This document shows, piece after piece, positions 1-10,377 of a stretch of DNA of 64,000 nucleotides. The position numbers and the translations under genes were made by a program. Each line of letters starts with the position of its first letter. Position 1 is the first letter of the stretch. The notes under the pieces were generated by a model, which was not told the DNA's origin, did no database searches, and saw only the letters and a list, made by a program, of their open reading frames with translations. The stretch comes from an uncultured Acidobacteriota bacterium (GTDB lineage Bacteria; Acidobacteriota; Vicinamibacteria; Vicinamibacterales; 2-12-FULL-66-21), in assembly GCA_963740275.1 (NCBI GenBank), contig CAVUDT010000007.1:124103-188102 (forward strand), written 5' to 3'.

Positions 1-2315
1 GTCGAGGGCTACGACTTCCCCACCTACTCGGTGGGGCCGACCTATCCGGCCGTCTCCCCTGACGGCTCGACGATCGCCTTTTCGGCGCGCGGCTGGCTCT
101 GGACGATGAGCGTCCAGGGCGGCCCGGCGCAGCGCCTCACCAGCGGCGCGGCCCTGGACTCGCGGCCCGCCTGGCACCCGGACGGCCGGCGGATCGCCTT
201 CGTCCGCGACGACACGCGCAACACCGACATCGTCGAAGTGAACGTCGCGACCGGAGCCGAGACGCTTCTCGTGGGCGGCCCGGCCGCCGAGCTCGATCCG
301 GCGTACGCGCCCGGCGGCGACGCACTCTACTACGCCTCGGCGGAAGGCGGGGACCTCGAGATCTACCGGCTCGATTCGACGGCGGGTACGAAGACGCGGA
401 TCACGAATGCGCGCGGGCTCGACCTGCGTCCGCAGCCGCTCGCCGACGGATCCGTGGTCTACGTCTCGAAGCGGGGCAACGGCGACGAAGTGGCGGTGAC
501 CGACGCAACCGGCGTCCGGCGCGTGCTCGCGCTGGCCTCGATCGCCTCGCTGGCGCGTCCGGCGGTCTCCCCGGACGGCCGGCACCTCGTGGTGCCCCTG
601 CCCGTCCAGTCGCGGACCGAGTGGGCGCTGCAGGTAATGGATACCAGCGGCGGCCCGCTCACGGAGATCGTCTCAGGCGGCGGGCATCCGATCATGCCGG
701 CGTGGAGCCCGGGCGGCGCGATCTACTTCTCGCGCGCGGACCGCCAGGGCGTCTTCGGCCTGTGGCGGATCCCAGCGTCGGGCGGCGTGCCCGAGCCGGT
801 CGCTCCGACCGCGTGGGACTGGAAGGCGCCCACGACACGCGTGACGGTGCAGACCCGGATCGCCGGTGCTGGCGGTCCATCCGCTGCTCGCCTGCATCTT
901 GCCGACAAGGACGGCCATCCCGCGTTTGCCGCCGGTCAGCAGGCATGGCTCGATGGGCAGAACGGCCTCATCTACATGTACTCGCCGGGCATCCTGGAGT
1001 TCGAGATCCCTGCCGGCGATTACACCGTGATGGCGGCGCGAGGCTTCGAGCACGTCCCGACTCGTAGCACCGGCGCGGCGGCCGCGGGCGCCGAGGTGTC
1101 GACGACGCTCGAGCTCGCGCCGGTTGGCGGGCCGTCGATGGAGGGCTGGTACGCCGGCGATCACCATTTCCACTTGAACTATGGCGGCCAGGCGCTGCTC
1201 GCTCCCGAGGCGCTCGTAGCGATGATGCGCGGCGAGGATCTCGATGTGGCGACACCGCTGTCGGCGAACCTGCACACCCGCCGCATCGACGAAAGCTACT
1301 TCGGCTGGACACGGGGCGAGACGCCGCTGATCCAGTTCGGCCAGGAAGTGCGGTCGCACTTTCTCGGCCACACCGGTCACATCGGCATCAAGACCCTGTA
1401 CCTGGCCGTGGTACTGGGGTCCCGGCTATCCGGTGTACGGCCTCGATGACCGGTCGAACGTGGAGGCCCTGCAGCGGACGCGCAAGCAGGGAGGCGTCAA
1501 CTCATACGTCCATCCGGTCACGATCCGCGCCCCGTTCGGCAATGAAGCGCCCCGCGGCATTCCGCTCGAGCTGATCTCTGACGCCGTTCTGGGCGACGTC
1601 GACACGATCGAGCTCGCCTGCCTGTGGAGCGACGAGCTCGGGACCGCCGAGGCCTGGTATCGGCTGCTGAACGTCGGCGCGCGCGTCACCCCTTCGGCCG
1701 GCACCGACGCAATGGTGGACTTCTTCCGCACCATGGCGGTCGGCACGACCCGGGTTTACGTCCGCGTCCCCGGGCAATTGACGATGGAGCGGTATCTCGA
1801 AGGGTTGAAGGCAGGACGCAGCTTCGTCAGCAACGGACCCTTGCTGCAGTTCCGGGTCGCTGACAAGGAGCCCGGAGACGCGGTGAAAGCCTCGTCCGGC
1901 GCCGACCTGCCGTGGGAGCTGCAGGTTGCCTCGGCCCTTCCCTTCGACCGCGTCGAGCTCCTCGTCAACGGCAGTGTCGTCTGGACCGGAGCCGGCTTGA
2001 AGCAGCCGGGCGCGCAGACGCATCGCGGCACGATCAAGGCTCCGGCTGGCGGCTGGATCGCGGCCCGTGTGCATGGTGGGACGACGGCAGTGGCCGGCGA
2101 TGGACAGCTATCCGTTCGCGCATACGGCGCCGGTGTGGGTCGGTTCCGGCGGCAGTACGGATCCTGCGGCGGCCGGCCAGGCCGCGAAGGAGCTGCTTGC
2201 GGCGCTGGACGTCGCCGAGGGGCGCATCAAGCAGTCCTACGGCGCCGTGGAGACGCCGGTGCTGCTCGGGCGCATCGCTCAGGCGAGGGAAAAGTTACGG
2301 GCGCTGTTGCGATAG
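1..2315 (+). CDS. TolB/PD40 beta-propeller + PHP-like (CehA/McbA family) metallohydrolase, 5'-truncated by window, two apparent frameshifts
   Basis: Frame is open from base 1. PD40 repeats (PAVSPDG, PAWHPDG, PAWSPGG); GWYAGDHHFH metal motif; AGTDAM. ORFs 31-1449, 1433-2563 and 2067-2315 join if the extra C at ~1402 and extra G at ~2087 are removed (KTLY-WPWYWGPGY; HGGTT-QWPAMDSYPFAHT). Confidence 0.75.
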
Positions 2316-2352
2316 TAGGCCGCGGTCGAGACATAATCGACCGGAAAAGAAC

Positions 2353-3267
2353 ATGCTCAGACAATCTTCGGTCGCGATCTGGCTGCTCATATCTATCGCA
2401 CTGTGCAGCCGCTCTTACGAGGCGGCCACCGGCACGGCCGGCCAGGCGTCCGCGACCCAGGAACAGCGGCCCGAGGGCGGGTCCCCGCGCAATCCCTTTC
2501 CACCATTCCGGGTCATCGGCAACATCTACTACGTCGGCTCGTCAAACGCCGGTTCCTTTCTGATCACGACCGGCGCCGGCCATATCCTGATCGACACCGG
2601 ATACCCGCAGACCGAGTCGTGGGTCCGGGAGAGCATCGAGAAGCTCGGATTCGGACTGAGAGACATCAAGATCATCCTGAACACGCATGCCCATGCGGAT
2701 CACGTCGGCGGGCACGCGCTCTTCAAGGAATGGACCGCGGCGAAGGTCCTGACATCCGAACGCGACAAACCGGTCATCGCCGACGGCGGGCGCAGCGATT
2801 TTCGCAGCGACGGCCGCGAGCTCTGGAAGCCGCTGACGGCTGACGGCACGATTCGCGACGGCGAGCAGATCCGTCTGGCGGACGTCGTGTTGACTGCCCG
2901 CTTGACGCCCGGCCACACCCGAGGCAACACGACGTGGACGATGACCGTGGAGGACGGCGGGCGGAAGCACAACGTGGTCTTCGTCGGCAGCATGGGCCTG
3001 AACCGCGACGTCAAGCTGGTTGCGAACGAGAAGTATCCGGCAGTCGCCGACGACTACGCCCGGTCGTTCGCCGTGCTGAAGCAGTTACCCTGTGACGTCT
3101 TCCTGGCATTTCACGCGGCGCACTTCGGGATGGAAGACAAGAAGCGCCGCCTCGACGCGGGATCGAACCCCAACCCGTTCATCGACCCCGCTGGATTGCG
3201 CGAGTACATCGAGAAGAACGAAGGCGCCTTCCTCGACCAGCTGAAGAAAGAACGGGGCGGCGGCTGA
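2353..3267 (+). CDS. bla: Subclass B3 metallo-beta-lactamase
   Basis: Signal peptide; PFRVIGNIYYVG; GHILIDTG; HAHADHVGG (H116-H118-D120-H121); TPGHTRG (H196); LAFHAAH (H263); NPFIDP. Confidence 0.85.
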   Translation: MLRQSSVAIWLLISIALCSRSYEAATGTAGQASATQEQRPEGGSPRNPFPPFRVIGNIYYVGSSNAGSFLITTGAGHILIDTGYPQTESWVRESIEKLGFGLRDIKIILNTHAHADHVGGHALFKEWTAAKVLTSERDKPVIADGGRSDFRSDGRELWKPLTADGTIRDGEQIRLADVVLTARLTPGHTRGNTTWTMTVEDGGRKHNVVFVGSMGLNRDVKLVANEKYPAVADDYARSFAVLKQLPCDVFLAFHAAHFGMEDKKRRLDAGSNPNPFIDPAGLREYIEKNEGAFLDQLKKERGGG

Positions 3268-3764
3268 AGGCGGCCGTCTCGCTGGCCGATGGCGGTGATG
3301 GCGTCGGGATCGTACGGCCTGATCAGGCGGATCGAGCTGACGCAGTCGTTGAAGCCCCCCTTGCTGCAGCTGCCAGCCACGCGCTCGAGGTTGGGGAGAT
3401 CTTCCGTCACGTCGAGGCGATCCCCGTCGAAGCCGTCATCACGATAGAGTGTCGCTCGCCATCCCGGCGCCAGACGGATGGACGAGATGCAGTCGCCCCA
3501 CAGGTCGGTGGTGGACGTCGAGTCGCCGGAGCTTTCGATCTTGACGCATGGCCCTTTGACGTCCTCCAGGTCCTTGATGTCGGAGGTGATATGGGCCGAC
3601 GCGCCTTGATAGTCGACATGTTCGTACACCACGATGCCGGTCGTCAGCTCGGATGGGGCGGTCGGCAGCGACGTCTGGCACCCCAGAAGCAGCACCAGCG
3701 CGGCAAGGGCCAGTACCTGCCGCCGGCCGCGAGCCGACGTCTCGAGTAGAACAGGGCGCGTCAT
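3111..3764 (-). CDS. Beta/gamma-crystallin-domain lipoprotein (3' end runs into the convergent bla gene)
   Basis: Lipobox LLLGC; Greek-key motifs VYEHVDYQG...WGDCISSIRL and LYRDDGFDG...FNDCVSSIRL. Confidence 0.7.
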   Translation of the reverse strand: MTRPVLLETSARGRRQVLALAALVLLLGCQTSLPTAPSELTTGIVVYEHVDYQGASAHITSDIKDLEDVKGPCVKIESSGDSTSTTDLWGDCISSIRLAPGWRATLYRDDGFDGDRLDVTEDLPNLERVAGSCSKGGFNDCVSSIRLIRPYDPDAITAIGQRDGRLQPPPRSFFSWSRKAPSFFSMYSRNPAGSMNGLGFDPASRRRFLSSIPKCAA

Positions 3765-3786
3765 CAGCAAGTCCGCTCGCCAGCCT

Positions 3787-4809
3787 TCAACCCGGCCCCC
3801 TGCTGCCAGCCCGGGTCGGAACCGTCCACGCCCGTAGCACCCGGCCGGAGAACCCGACCACCGTCCGGCCGTCGCTCGAGAACACCAGCGCGTCGGCCGG
3901 CATGCTGCCGGTATCCAGGTGGGCGATCGCCGCGAGGGTGGCGGCATCCACGATCTGGATACCTCCCTTCGACAGCGTCTCATCGTCGAGGTCACCGAGC
4001 GCGATGAGGCGCCCGTCAGGTGACCACGCCAGCGTGGCGGCCATCCTGGGGGCCTGCAGCGTCATCTGAGCCGCCGGTTTGAGGGTGGCAGGGGCGCGCA
4101 GCGTGAGGCGACGATCCACGCCACCCGCCGCCAGCATCCCATCGCGCGGACTGAAGGCGAGCGCAAAGAGAGAAAGGTCACCGTCGACGAAGCCGAGTTC
4201 GCGCCCGGCCGCGGCATCCCAGAGGCGAAGGTCGGCCTCGGCGCTGGCGCTGGCCAGAATCGCGGTGCCCGGCCGCAGGGCAAGAACCTGCAACTCGGTG
4301 CGGTGCCCACGAAGAGTCTGGCGCAGCGCGCCGGACGCGGTGTCGAACACCCGGATCTCGCCGTGCTCTCCACCGGCCACGAGCAGCGAGGCGTCTGCCG
4401 AGAAGACCGCCGCGCGCGTTCGAGCCGTTCCGAGTCTCGATGCGACGCGAGGTGGAAGCGGCGCCGGACGTGACCGGCGTGCGGGCGAGGGAACCGTCGG
4501 TGGCCAGGCTCCAGACTTCGCGGCCGTCAGCGGTCGAACCGACGGCGAGTACCCGCTCGTTGTGGGGTTTCAGCAGACCGAGGGAGCGGCGTCCTGCCCG
4601 TTCCACACGGCGACCCGCCCATCCTTCAGCCCCACGGCGATCGTCGAGGAGCGGTTGATCGCGGTCAGGCTGGTGATGTCCGCCGGCAGCGTCAGGCTGG
4701 CGGCAATCGGAACGGGACCGGCCGGCGCCTGTCCACTCACCATCGTCACGGCCAGAACAGCCGCCACCCCAACGGACGTGAGCGCCAGGGAACGGGCCAT
4801 GTCGATCAC
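3787..4809 (-). CDS. Secreted WD40-repeat protein, split by two compensating frameshifts (~4578, ~4436)
   Basis: Signal peptide in 4570-4809; WD40 blades (TLRGHRTE, LRLWDAAAG, LAFSPRDG, LAWSPDG) in 3787-4380; bridging frame LLKPHNERVLAV. Confidence 0.7.
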
Positions 4810-5441
4810 GCCTTCTCGAGCACGAGCTCGAATTCGACCGCGGCCATCGGCGTCTCGGGCTGGCCCGAGAGGGTCACGGGCCGCACCAGGGTCCGCGAGG
4901 TGATCAACGGATCCTTGGAGTAGTTCTTGTCAGGGTTGCCGTCGAACACCTCGTCGGTCGCAAAATACAACTGGGTCGAGAGCGGCTTGTGCCCCGGCGC
5001 GGTGACGAAGTAGTGGACATGCCGGGCGACGCGCGCCGGATAGTGTCCGGGCATGATCGAGTCGAACTGTAGACGCCGGACGGACGAAGGCGTGATCGCC
5101 GCCCGATAGCGGTAGCCTTCCAGGTCGTAGAGTCCGCCGTGGTCGGCCTGCCAGATCTCGAGCGTCGCGCCGGACACGCGCTCGCCATGGACGTTGATCA
5201 CCCGTCCGCTGACGGCGAGCGGCATGCCGGGATCTCCGGCCGCCCGCAAGGTCGTCGATGCGGGCGCGCGCTTCTTGTAGAAGGGTCCCATCTCGACGTG
5301 CGCGGTGGGCGGGCGCTCACTCTGGGCGTCCAGCCAGGCGTGCAGCGCCTCCGCCTCTCCCCAACCAGCCGGGACCACGAGCACGCCTGCGGCCAGACAC
5401 TGGCGCAGCACATCCCGCCGCGACCACTCACGTTGGGGCAT
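4806..5441 (-). CDS. Tat-exported intradiol ring-cleavage dioxygenase-like protein
   Basis: SRRDVL Tat motif; EMGPFY; LEIWQADHGGLYD; PGHYP..RHVHY; TQLYF. Confidence 0.8.
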   Translation of the reverse strand: MPQREWSRRDVLRQCLAAGVLVVPAGWGEAEALHAWLDAQSERPPTAHVEMGPFYKKRAPASTTLRAAGDPGMPLAVSGRVINVHGERVSGATLEIWQADHGGLYDLEGYRYRAAITPSSVRRLQFDSIMPGHYPARVARHVHYFVTAPGHKPLSTQLYFATDEVFDGNPDKNYSKDPLITSRTLVRPVTLSGQPETPMAAVEFELVLEKA

Positions 5442-5479
5442 AAAAACCTCGAGTCTTGATGGACGCGAGGACTATAGCA

Positions 5480-5548
5480 CCAGGTTCTGGTTCTAGGTTC
5501 CGGCGTTCCGGGTTCCGGGTTCCAGGTTCTGAGTTCTGAGTTCTGAGA
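5480..5548. repeat. Heptamer tandem repeat (AGGTTCT/GGGTTCC/GAGTTCT)
   Basis: caggttctggttctaggttccggcgttccgggttccgggttccaggttctgagttctgagttctgag. Confidence 0.8.
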
Positions 5549-5551
5549 CTC

Positions 5552-5633
5552 ACCGCGGAGGCCGCAGAGAGCGCCGAGATATTCAGGAATCAGAAAATAC
5601 CTTGATCTCAGCGTGCTCAGCGCCCTCGGCGGT
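5552..5633. repeat. REP/MITE-like imperfect palindrome (CGCAGAG...CTCTGCG type)
   Basis: ACCGCGGAGGCCGCAGAGAGCGCCGAGAT ... ATCTCAGCGTGCTCAGCGCCCTCGGCGGT around an AT-rich loop; related copies at 13151 and 22309. Confidence 0.7.
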
Positions 5634-5740
5634 ATGTCTTCTACCGTCATGCGAATGTGCTTCGCTGTTGTCACGCGTAACTCCAGGGTGTAGGCTCTGC
5701 CCACACCACAATCCGGGATCTATCAATAAAAGGAGCCACC

Positions 5741-7165
5741 ATGACCTGGCGTCGGCACCTCGTGTCCGTCTGGCTTGCCTCGTCGATCTTCGTCGCCGCG
5801 GCCGCGGGCGTTGCTGCCGGCCAATGGCCGCAGTTCCGCGGGCCGAACGGCTCCGGTGTCGAGGCCGGTGCCGGATTCCCCGTCGCGTTCTCCCCTTCCA
5901 CCAACGTGATCTGGAAGACGGCCGTCCCGTTCGCGCAGTCGTCGCCGATCGTGGTCGGCCAACAGGTGTATCTGACGGCCAGCGAAGGCGACCAGCTGCT
6001 GACGATCAGTCTCGATGCGGCGACCGGCCGCGAACTGTGGCGCCGGCAGATCAAGCGCCCGCGCGCACAGAAGACCTACCGCGCCAACGATCCGGCGTCG
6101 CCGACACCCGCGGCCGACAATGACGGCGTCGTGGTCTTCTTTCCCGACTTCGGCCTGGCCGCCTACAGCGCGGACGGGAAGGATCGCTGGACGCTCCCGC
6201 TGGGGCCGTTCAACAGCTTCTATGGCATGGCCGCGTCTCCCATTCTCACCGAGGGCCTGGTGGTGCTGGTCTGCGATCAGCGGACCGGTTCCTTCATCGT
6301 CGCGCTCGACCGCAAGACCGGACAGGTGCGATGGAAGCGCGAACGCGCCGGTGCGCCGGAAGGGTGGGCGACCCCGATGGTCTTCGCCGCCGCGGGAGGC
6401 CCGGCCCAGTTGATCGTACCGGGCTCGACCCGGATCGACGCCTATGCGCTGGCCACCGGTGAACCACGCTGGTGGATGCCGCTCGGCACCGTGGGGTCGA
6501 TGGGCACGGCGGTGGTCAGCGGCGATACGCTGATCCTGTCGAGCACGGGCAGCACGGAACCGTCGATGCCGGCCTTCGACAGCTACCTGGAAAAGTACGA
6601 CAAGGACAAGGATCGCCGGCTCTCCCGCCAGGAGTTCATCGCCGACAAGGAGATGGGCGAGCACTTCGGCTGGGCCGACGCCGATAACGACAACTTCGTC
6701 ACCACCGCCGAGTGGAACACGATCCGGAACCTTGGCATCGGCGAATTCGGCGCCATCGCCGTCCGTCCGGGCAAGGGGACCGGGAAACTCGATCCCAAGG
6801 CGGTCCTGTGGCGCTTCAAGAAGAATCTGCCGTATATCCCGGCGCCGCTGGTCTACCAGGACGTGGTCTACCTCGTGAAGGATGGCGGGATCATCACGTC
6901 GCTCGACGCCGCCACCGGCCGCCCTCTGAAAGAGGGGCGAAGCCCTGACGCGCTGGGTGAGTACTACGCGTCGCCGGTTGCCGCCGACAACAAGGTGTTC
7001 CTGGCCAGCGTCGACGGCAAGATCACCGTGCTGAAGGCGGGTGGGCAGTGGGAGGTCCTGGGCGTGAACGATCTCGGCGAAGGGATCCAGGCCACGCCGG
7101 CCATGAGTCGCGGACGGCTCTACGTCCGGACGCGCGGCGCCGTCTATTGTTTCGGCTCGAAGTGA
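5741..7165 (+). CDS. PQQ-like beta-propeller (BamB-like) protein with EF-hand insertion
   Basis: SD AAAGGAG; signal peptide; [11 protein letters not shown]; [18 protein letters not shown] and YYASPV repeats; EF-hand loops [12 protein letters not shown] and [12 protein letters not shown]. Confidence 0.85.
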   Translation: MTWRRHLVSVWLASSIFVAAAAGVAAGQWPQFRGPNGSGVEAGAGFPVAFSPSTNVIWKTAVPFAQSSPIVVGQQVYLTASEGDQLLTISLDAATGRELWRRQIKRPRAQKTYRANDPASPTPAADNDGVVVFFPDFGLAAYSADGKDRWTLPLGPFNSFYGMAASPILTEGLVVLVCDQRTGSFIVALDRKTGQVRWKRERAGAPEGWATPMVFAAAGGPAQLIVPGSTRIDAYALATGEPRWWMPLGTVGSMGTAVVSGDTLILSSTGSTEPSMPAFDSYLEKYDKDKDRRLSRQEFIADKEMGEHFGWADADNDNFVTTAEWNTIRNLGIGEFGAIAVRPGKGTGKLDPKAVLWRFKKNLPYIPAPLVYQDVVYLVKDGGIITSLDAATGRPLKEGRSPDALGEYYASPVAADNKVFLASVDGKITVLKAGGQWEVLGVNDLGEGIQATPAMSRGRLYVRTRGAVYCFGSK

Positions 7166-7270
7166 GTGCGGTACCTCATCGCCAGCCACCACCGCATCGT
7201 GGACGTGACCAGGTCGGCAGCGTCCTGCTGGACGAAGTGCCCGGCGCCCGGCACGGTCACGACGCCACCA
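7162..7270 (-). pseudogene. C-terminal remnant of an alpha/beta hydrolase
   Basis: [27 protein letters not shown] resembles the catalytic-His C-terminus of epoxide-hydrolase-like enzymes; no upstream body is present. Confidence 0.55.
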
Positions 7271-7667
7271 CGGAGCCCGTGCCTTGGCGTCCTCCCAGGC
7301 GCAACTCGCCGAGCTGATCGAGCCAACGCTTCTCTTCGAGCTGTGCTTCTAGGACGACGAGCGTGACGGCGTCGGCCAGAAATTTGTCCGCTACACGGTG
7401 TTCACCGAGAACGAGGTCCTTCCCCGCATGGAAGATCCTCGAGCTTTTTATACGGATGGCGGAAAGCGACTCGCTCCCGCATTCGATTCGCACATGAACA
7501 GGCTGAAGGAATGGCGGCGCGACATCGCCAGGCTGCACACGTGGGCTCGGTGCCTCGATGAGCGGCTCGGTGCCCCGGCGACCAGCGGCACGTCGTGCCG
7601 GCCGACAGTCGGCGGCACCATCGACGTCGGCCGGGAGAGGTAGGACCGCGATCGGAGATCGGACCGG

Positions 7668-10292
7668 TCAGCGCGGCAGCGCCGACGTCCAGTTGAGGAC
7701 CACCGACGCCGGTTCCTCCGCGCCGCCCGACGGCGCGCCGACCACCAGAAAGCGCTGGCCATCGCGCATCGGCCGATAGCGCCCGCGGGCGTTGACGGTC
7801 GCGAACCGTGTCTCGAACAGCGAGGCGGGCGTCCCGGCGACGAAGGTCGTCCCCGCCTGCACCGGTACGCCCATCACCCGTGATCCGACCCGGTAGAACA
7901 GCTCACGGCCGTCGCCGCGCCAGTACGGCTCGAAGCCGCCCCCGGTGGATATCTGCCACTTGTTCCGCGCCTCAGGGAACTCGTGCACGTAGATCTCGTG
8001 GCGGCCGGACTCGTTCGACTGGTAGGCAATGTATTTACCGTCGGGCGAGAACGTCGCCCACATCTCGTTGAACCGGGTCTTGACGACCGGGATCGGCTTG
8101 TCATCACCACCGATCGGCATCGCCCAGATGTCCCACCCGCCTTCGCCCTTGCCGCGGCTCGTGACGAGGACGAACTTTCCGTCAGGCGACCAGTCGGACA
8201 CATACTTTTCGTCCTCGTTGACGAACAGCGGCGCGGCCTCCCTGGTACCCGACGCCTCTTTCACGTACAGGTCGCCGGGCCCCTTCGCCGTCGAGGTATA
8301 GACGATGCGACGCCCATCGGGCGACCACTGGGGAACGGAGTCGACCGCCGCATCGAAGGTAAAGCGTGAGGAGACACCCCGCGCCAGGTCACGGATCCAC
8401 AGATTCCCGCGGGTGCCACCATCAACGACATCGTAGGTGAGCCGGGTTTCATCCGGGGACATCGACGTGTCGCGGTAATCGCCGGGAGCATCGATGACTG
8501 GCGTCTCCTTCCCGGTGCGATCCACCCAGACCATGCGCGAACCCGACAACTCGCCGCCCCTGAACACCAGCACGCCGGTGCGCGAGGCGGAGAACGAGGC
8601 CAGCCCGACATCGTCGGAGCCCAGCCCCTCACCCATCGGCACCGGTTCACCTTCGAGCGTGAGCGAGCCCGCGTCGAACTTCTGCGCCACCAGGGTGCGA
8701 TCCCGGACGAACAGGAGGTAGCCGGGCTCGACGTACTGCACCCGCGTGGTGGTCTTGAAGAGCGCCTTGACCGTGCCGGTCTCGATGTGGCCCACCGTCA
8801 GCATCATTTCCGGTGACGACGGGTCGACGAGCGCGTAGAGAAAATGCTTCCCGTCAGGGAGGAACTCGGGCCATCCCGTTCCTGGCGTGCCGGCGGCCTT
8901 GCCGGTCTCCAGGACGACGGGCTGGCTGACCCCTCCGGTGGCCGGTACCCGCTGCAGCGCATCGGTCGCCCGGCCGTCGAAGAGGATCACCCCTTCCGAG
9001 CTCCAGGAGCCATCGGATCCGTTGGCTGCGTCGCAGATGGTCTGCGGCGGTCCGCCGCCGATGTCCACTTTCTTCAGCTTCCCGCCGGCCACGAACGCGA
9101 CGAACCGGCTGTCGGGCGACCAGAACGGCCGTATGACGCCCTCGGTGCCCGCCAGCACTCGCGGTTCGAGCGCATCGAGCGGACGGATCCAGATCATCGT
9201 CCGGCCGTCGGAGGTCGCGGCAAAGACAATGTTGCGGCCGTCCGGCGACACCACCGGCGGACTCGCGTTCTGGAGCGCCGCCGGCATCAGGAGCGGGAAT
9301 CGCACAATCGGCGCCGGCTCCGGCGCCCGCTTCACCCACGCGACCGCAAAGCCGACAGCGGCGACCGTGGCGATCGCGCAAGCGCCCCACGCCAGGCTCT
9401 CGCGAACGCGGCGGCGGCCGCTGACGACCGCCGGCAGACCGACTTTCGATCCACCCTGTGCAACCCACTGCAGTTCGGCGGCGACGTCGCGGGCGGTGTG
9501 CCAGCGATCCTCAGGGTCCTTCGCCAGGCAGCGTGAGACGACGCGCTCGAGCGCCGGCGGCGTCAGCGGCACCAGCTCCTCGATCGGCCGCGGCTTGGTC
9601 GCGAGCACCGCTGCCATCACGCTCGACGCGCTCTGCCCCTCGAATGCGCGATGCCCGGTGAGCAGCTCGTAGAACACGCAGCCGAAGGCGAAGATGTCGG
9701 TGCGCGCATCCACCTCGCGCGCCTCGATCTGCTCGGGCGCCATGTACTGGGGGGTGCCGACCACCGTATGCGCGCCGGTGAGCGCGGCCAGGGTCGCCTG
9801 CTCGGCGGCCGACGACACACCGGAGCCGGAAGTCACGCCGGACCCCGTGCCCGCCAGCTTGGCCAGGCCGAAGTCCAGCAGCTTGATCCCCTGCTTGGTA
9901 ACCAGGATGTTGGCCGGCTTGAGATCGCGGTGCACGATCCCCTTCCGATGGGCGGCGTGCAGGGCTTCGCAGATCTGGATGCCGTAGGCGATCGCCTGCT
10001 CGACTGGCATCGGTCCGGCGACCGGCTTGCCTTCGATGAACTCCATCACCAGGTAGCCGCTGCCCTCGTGCTGGCCGACGTCGAAGAGGGTGCAGATGTT
10101 CGGGTGGTTCAGCGCCGAGATCGCATGCGCCTCCCGCTCGAAGCGCTCGGTGAAGGGGCCTTTCAGGGTCTTGACCGCGACGTCGCGATCGAGCCGGACG
10201 TCGTGGGCGCGATAGACGTCGCCCATGCCCCCCGATCCGGCTGCTTCGATGATTTCGTAGGGACCAAGCCTGGTACCGGATGTCAATGCCAT
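7668..10292 (-). CDS. Ser/Thr protein kinase with TM helix and C-terminal TolB/PD40 propellers
   Basis: MALTSGTRLGPYEI; GSGGMGDVY; VAVK; HRDLKPANI; DFGLAK; GTPQYMAPE; many WSPDG repeats. Confidence 0.92.
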   Translation of the reverse strand: MALTSGTRLGPYEIIEAAGSGGMGDVYRAHDVRLDRDVAVKTLKGPFTERFEREAHAISALNHPNICTLFDVGQHEGSGYLVMEFIEGKPVAGPMPVEQAIAYGIQICEALHAAHRKGIVHRDLKPANILVTKQGIKLLDFGLAKLAGTGSGVTSGSGVSSAAEQATLAALTGAHTVVGTPQYMAPEQIEAREVDARTDIFAFGCVFYELLTGHRAFEGQSASSVMAAVLATKPRPIEELVPLTPPALERVVSRCLAKDPEDRWHTARDVAAELQWVAQGGSKVGLPAVVSGRRRVRESLAWGACAIATVAAVGFAVAWVKRAPEPAPIVRFPLLMPAALQNASPPVVSPDGRNIVFAATSDGRTMIWIRPLDALEPRVLAGTEGVIRPFWSPDSRFVAFVAGGKLKKVDIGGGPPQTICDAANGSDGSWSSEGVILFDGRATDALQRVPATGGVSQPVVLETGKAAGTPGTGWPEFLPDGKHFLYALVDPSSPEMMLTVGHIETGTVKALFKTTTRVQYVEPGYLLFVRDRTLVAQKFDAGSLTLEGEPVPMGEGLGSDDVGLASFSASRTGVLVFRGGELSGSRMVWVDRTGKETPVIDAPGDYRDTSMSPDETRLTYDVVDGGTRGNLWIRDLARGVSSRFTFDAAVDSVPQWSPDGRRIVYTSTAKGPGDLYVKEASGTREAAPLFVNEDEKYVSDWSPDGKFVLVTSRGKGEGGWDIWAMPIGGDDKPIPVVKTRFNEMWATFSPDGKYIAYQSNESGRHEIYVHEFPEARNKWQISTGGGFEPYWRGDGRELFYRVGSRVMGVPVQAGTTFVAGTPASLFETRFATVNARGRYRPMRDGQRFLVVGAPSGGAEEPASVVLNWTSALPR

Positions 10293-10377
10293 GAGCGGCG
10301 CGATTATACGCGCTATCTCATCCATTGGCATCGGATATCCAGTGCCGCCGGAGTTGGGCTGGGGCGCCTGGGGTGCG

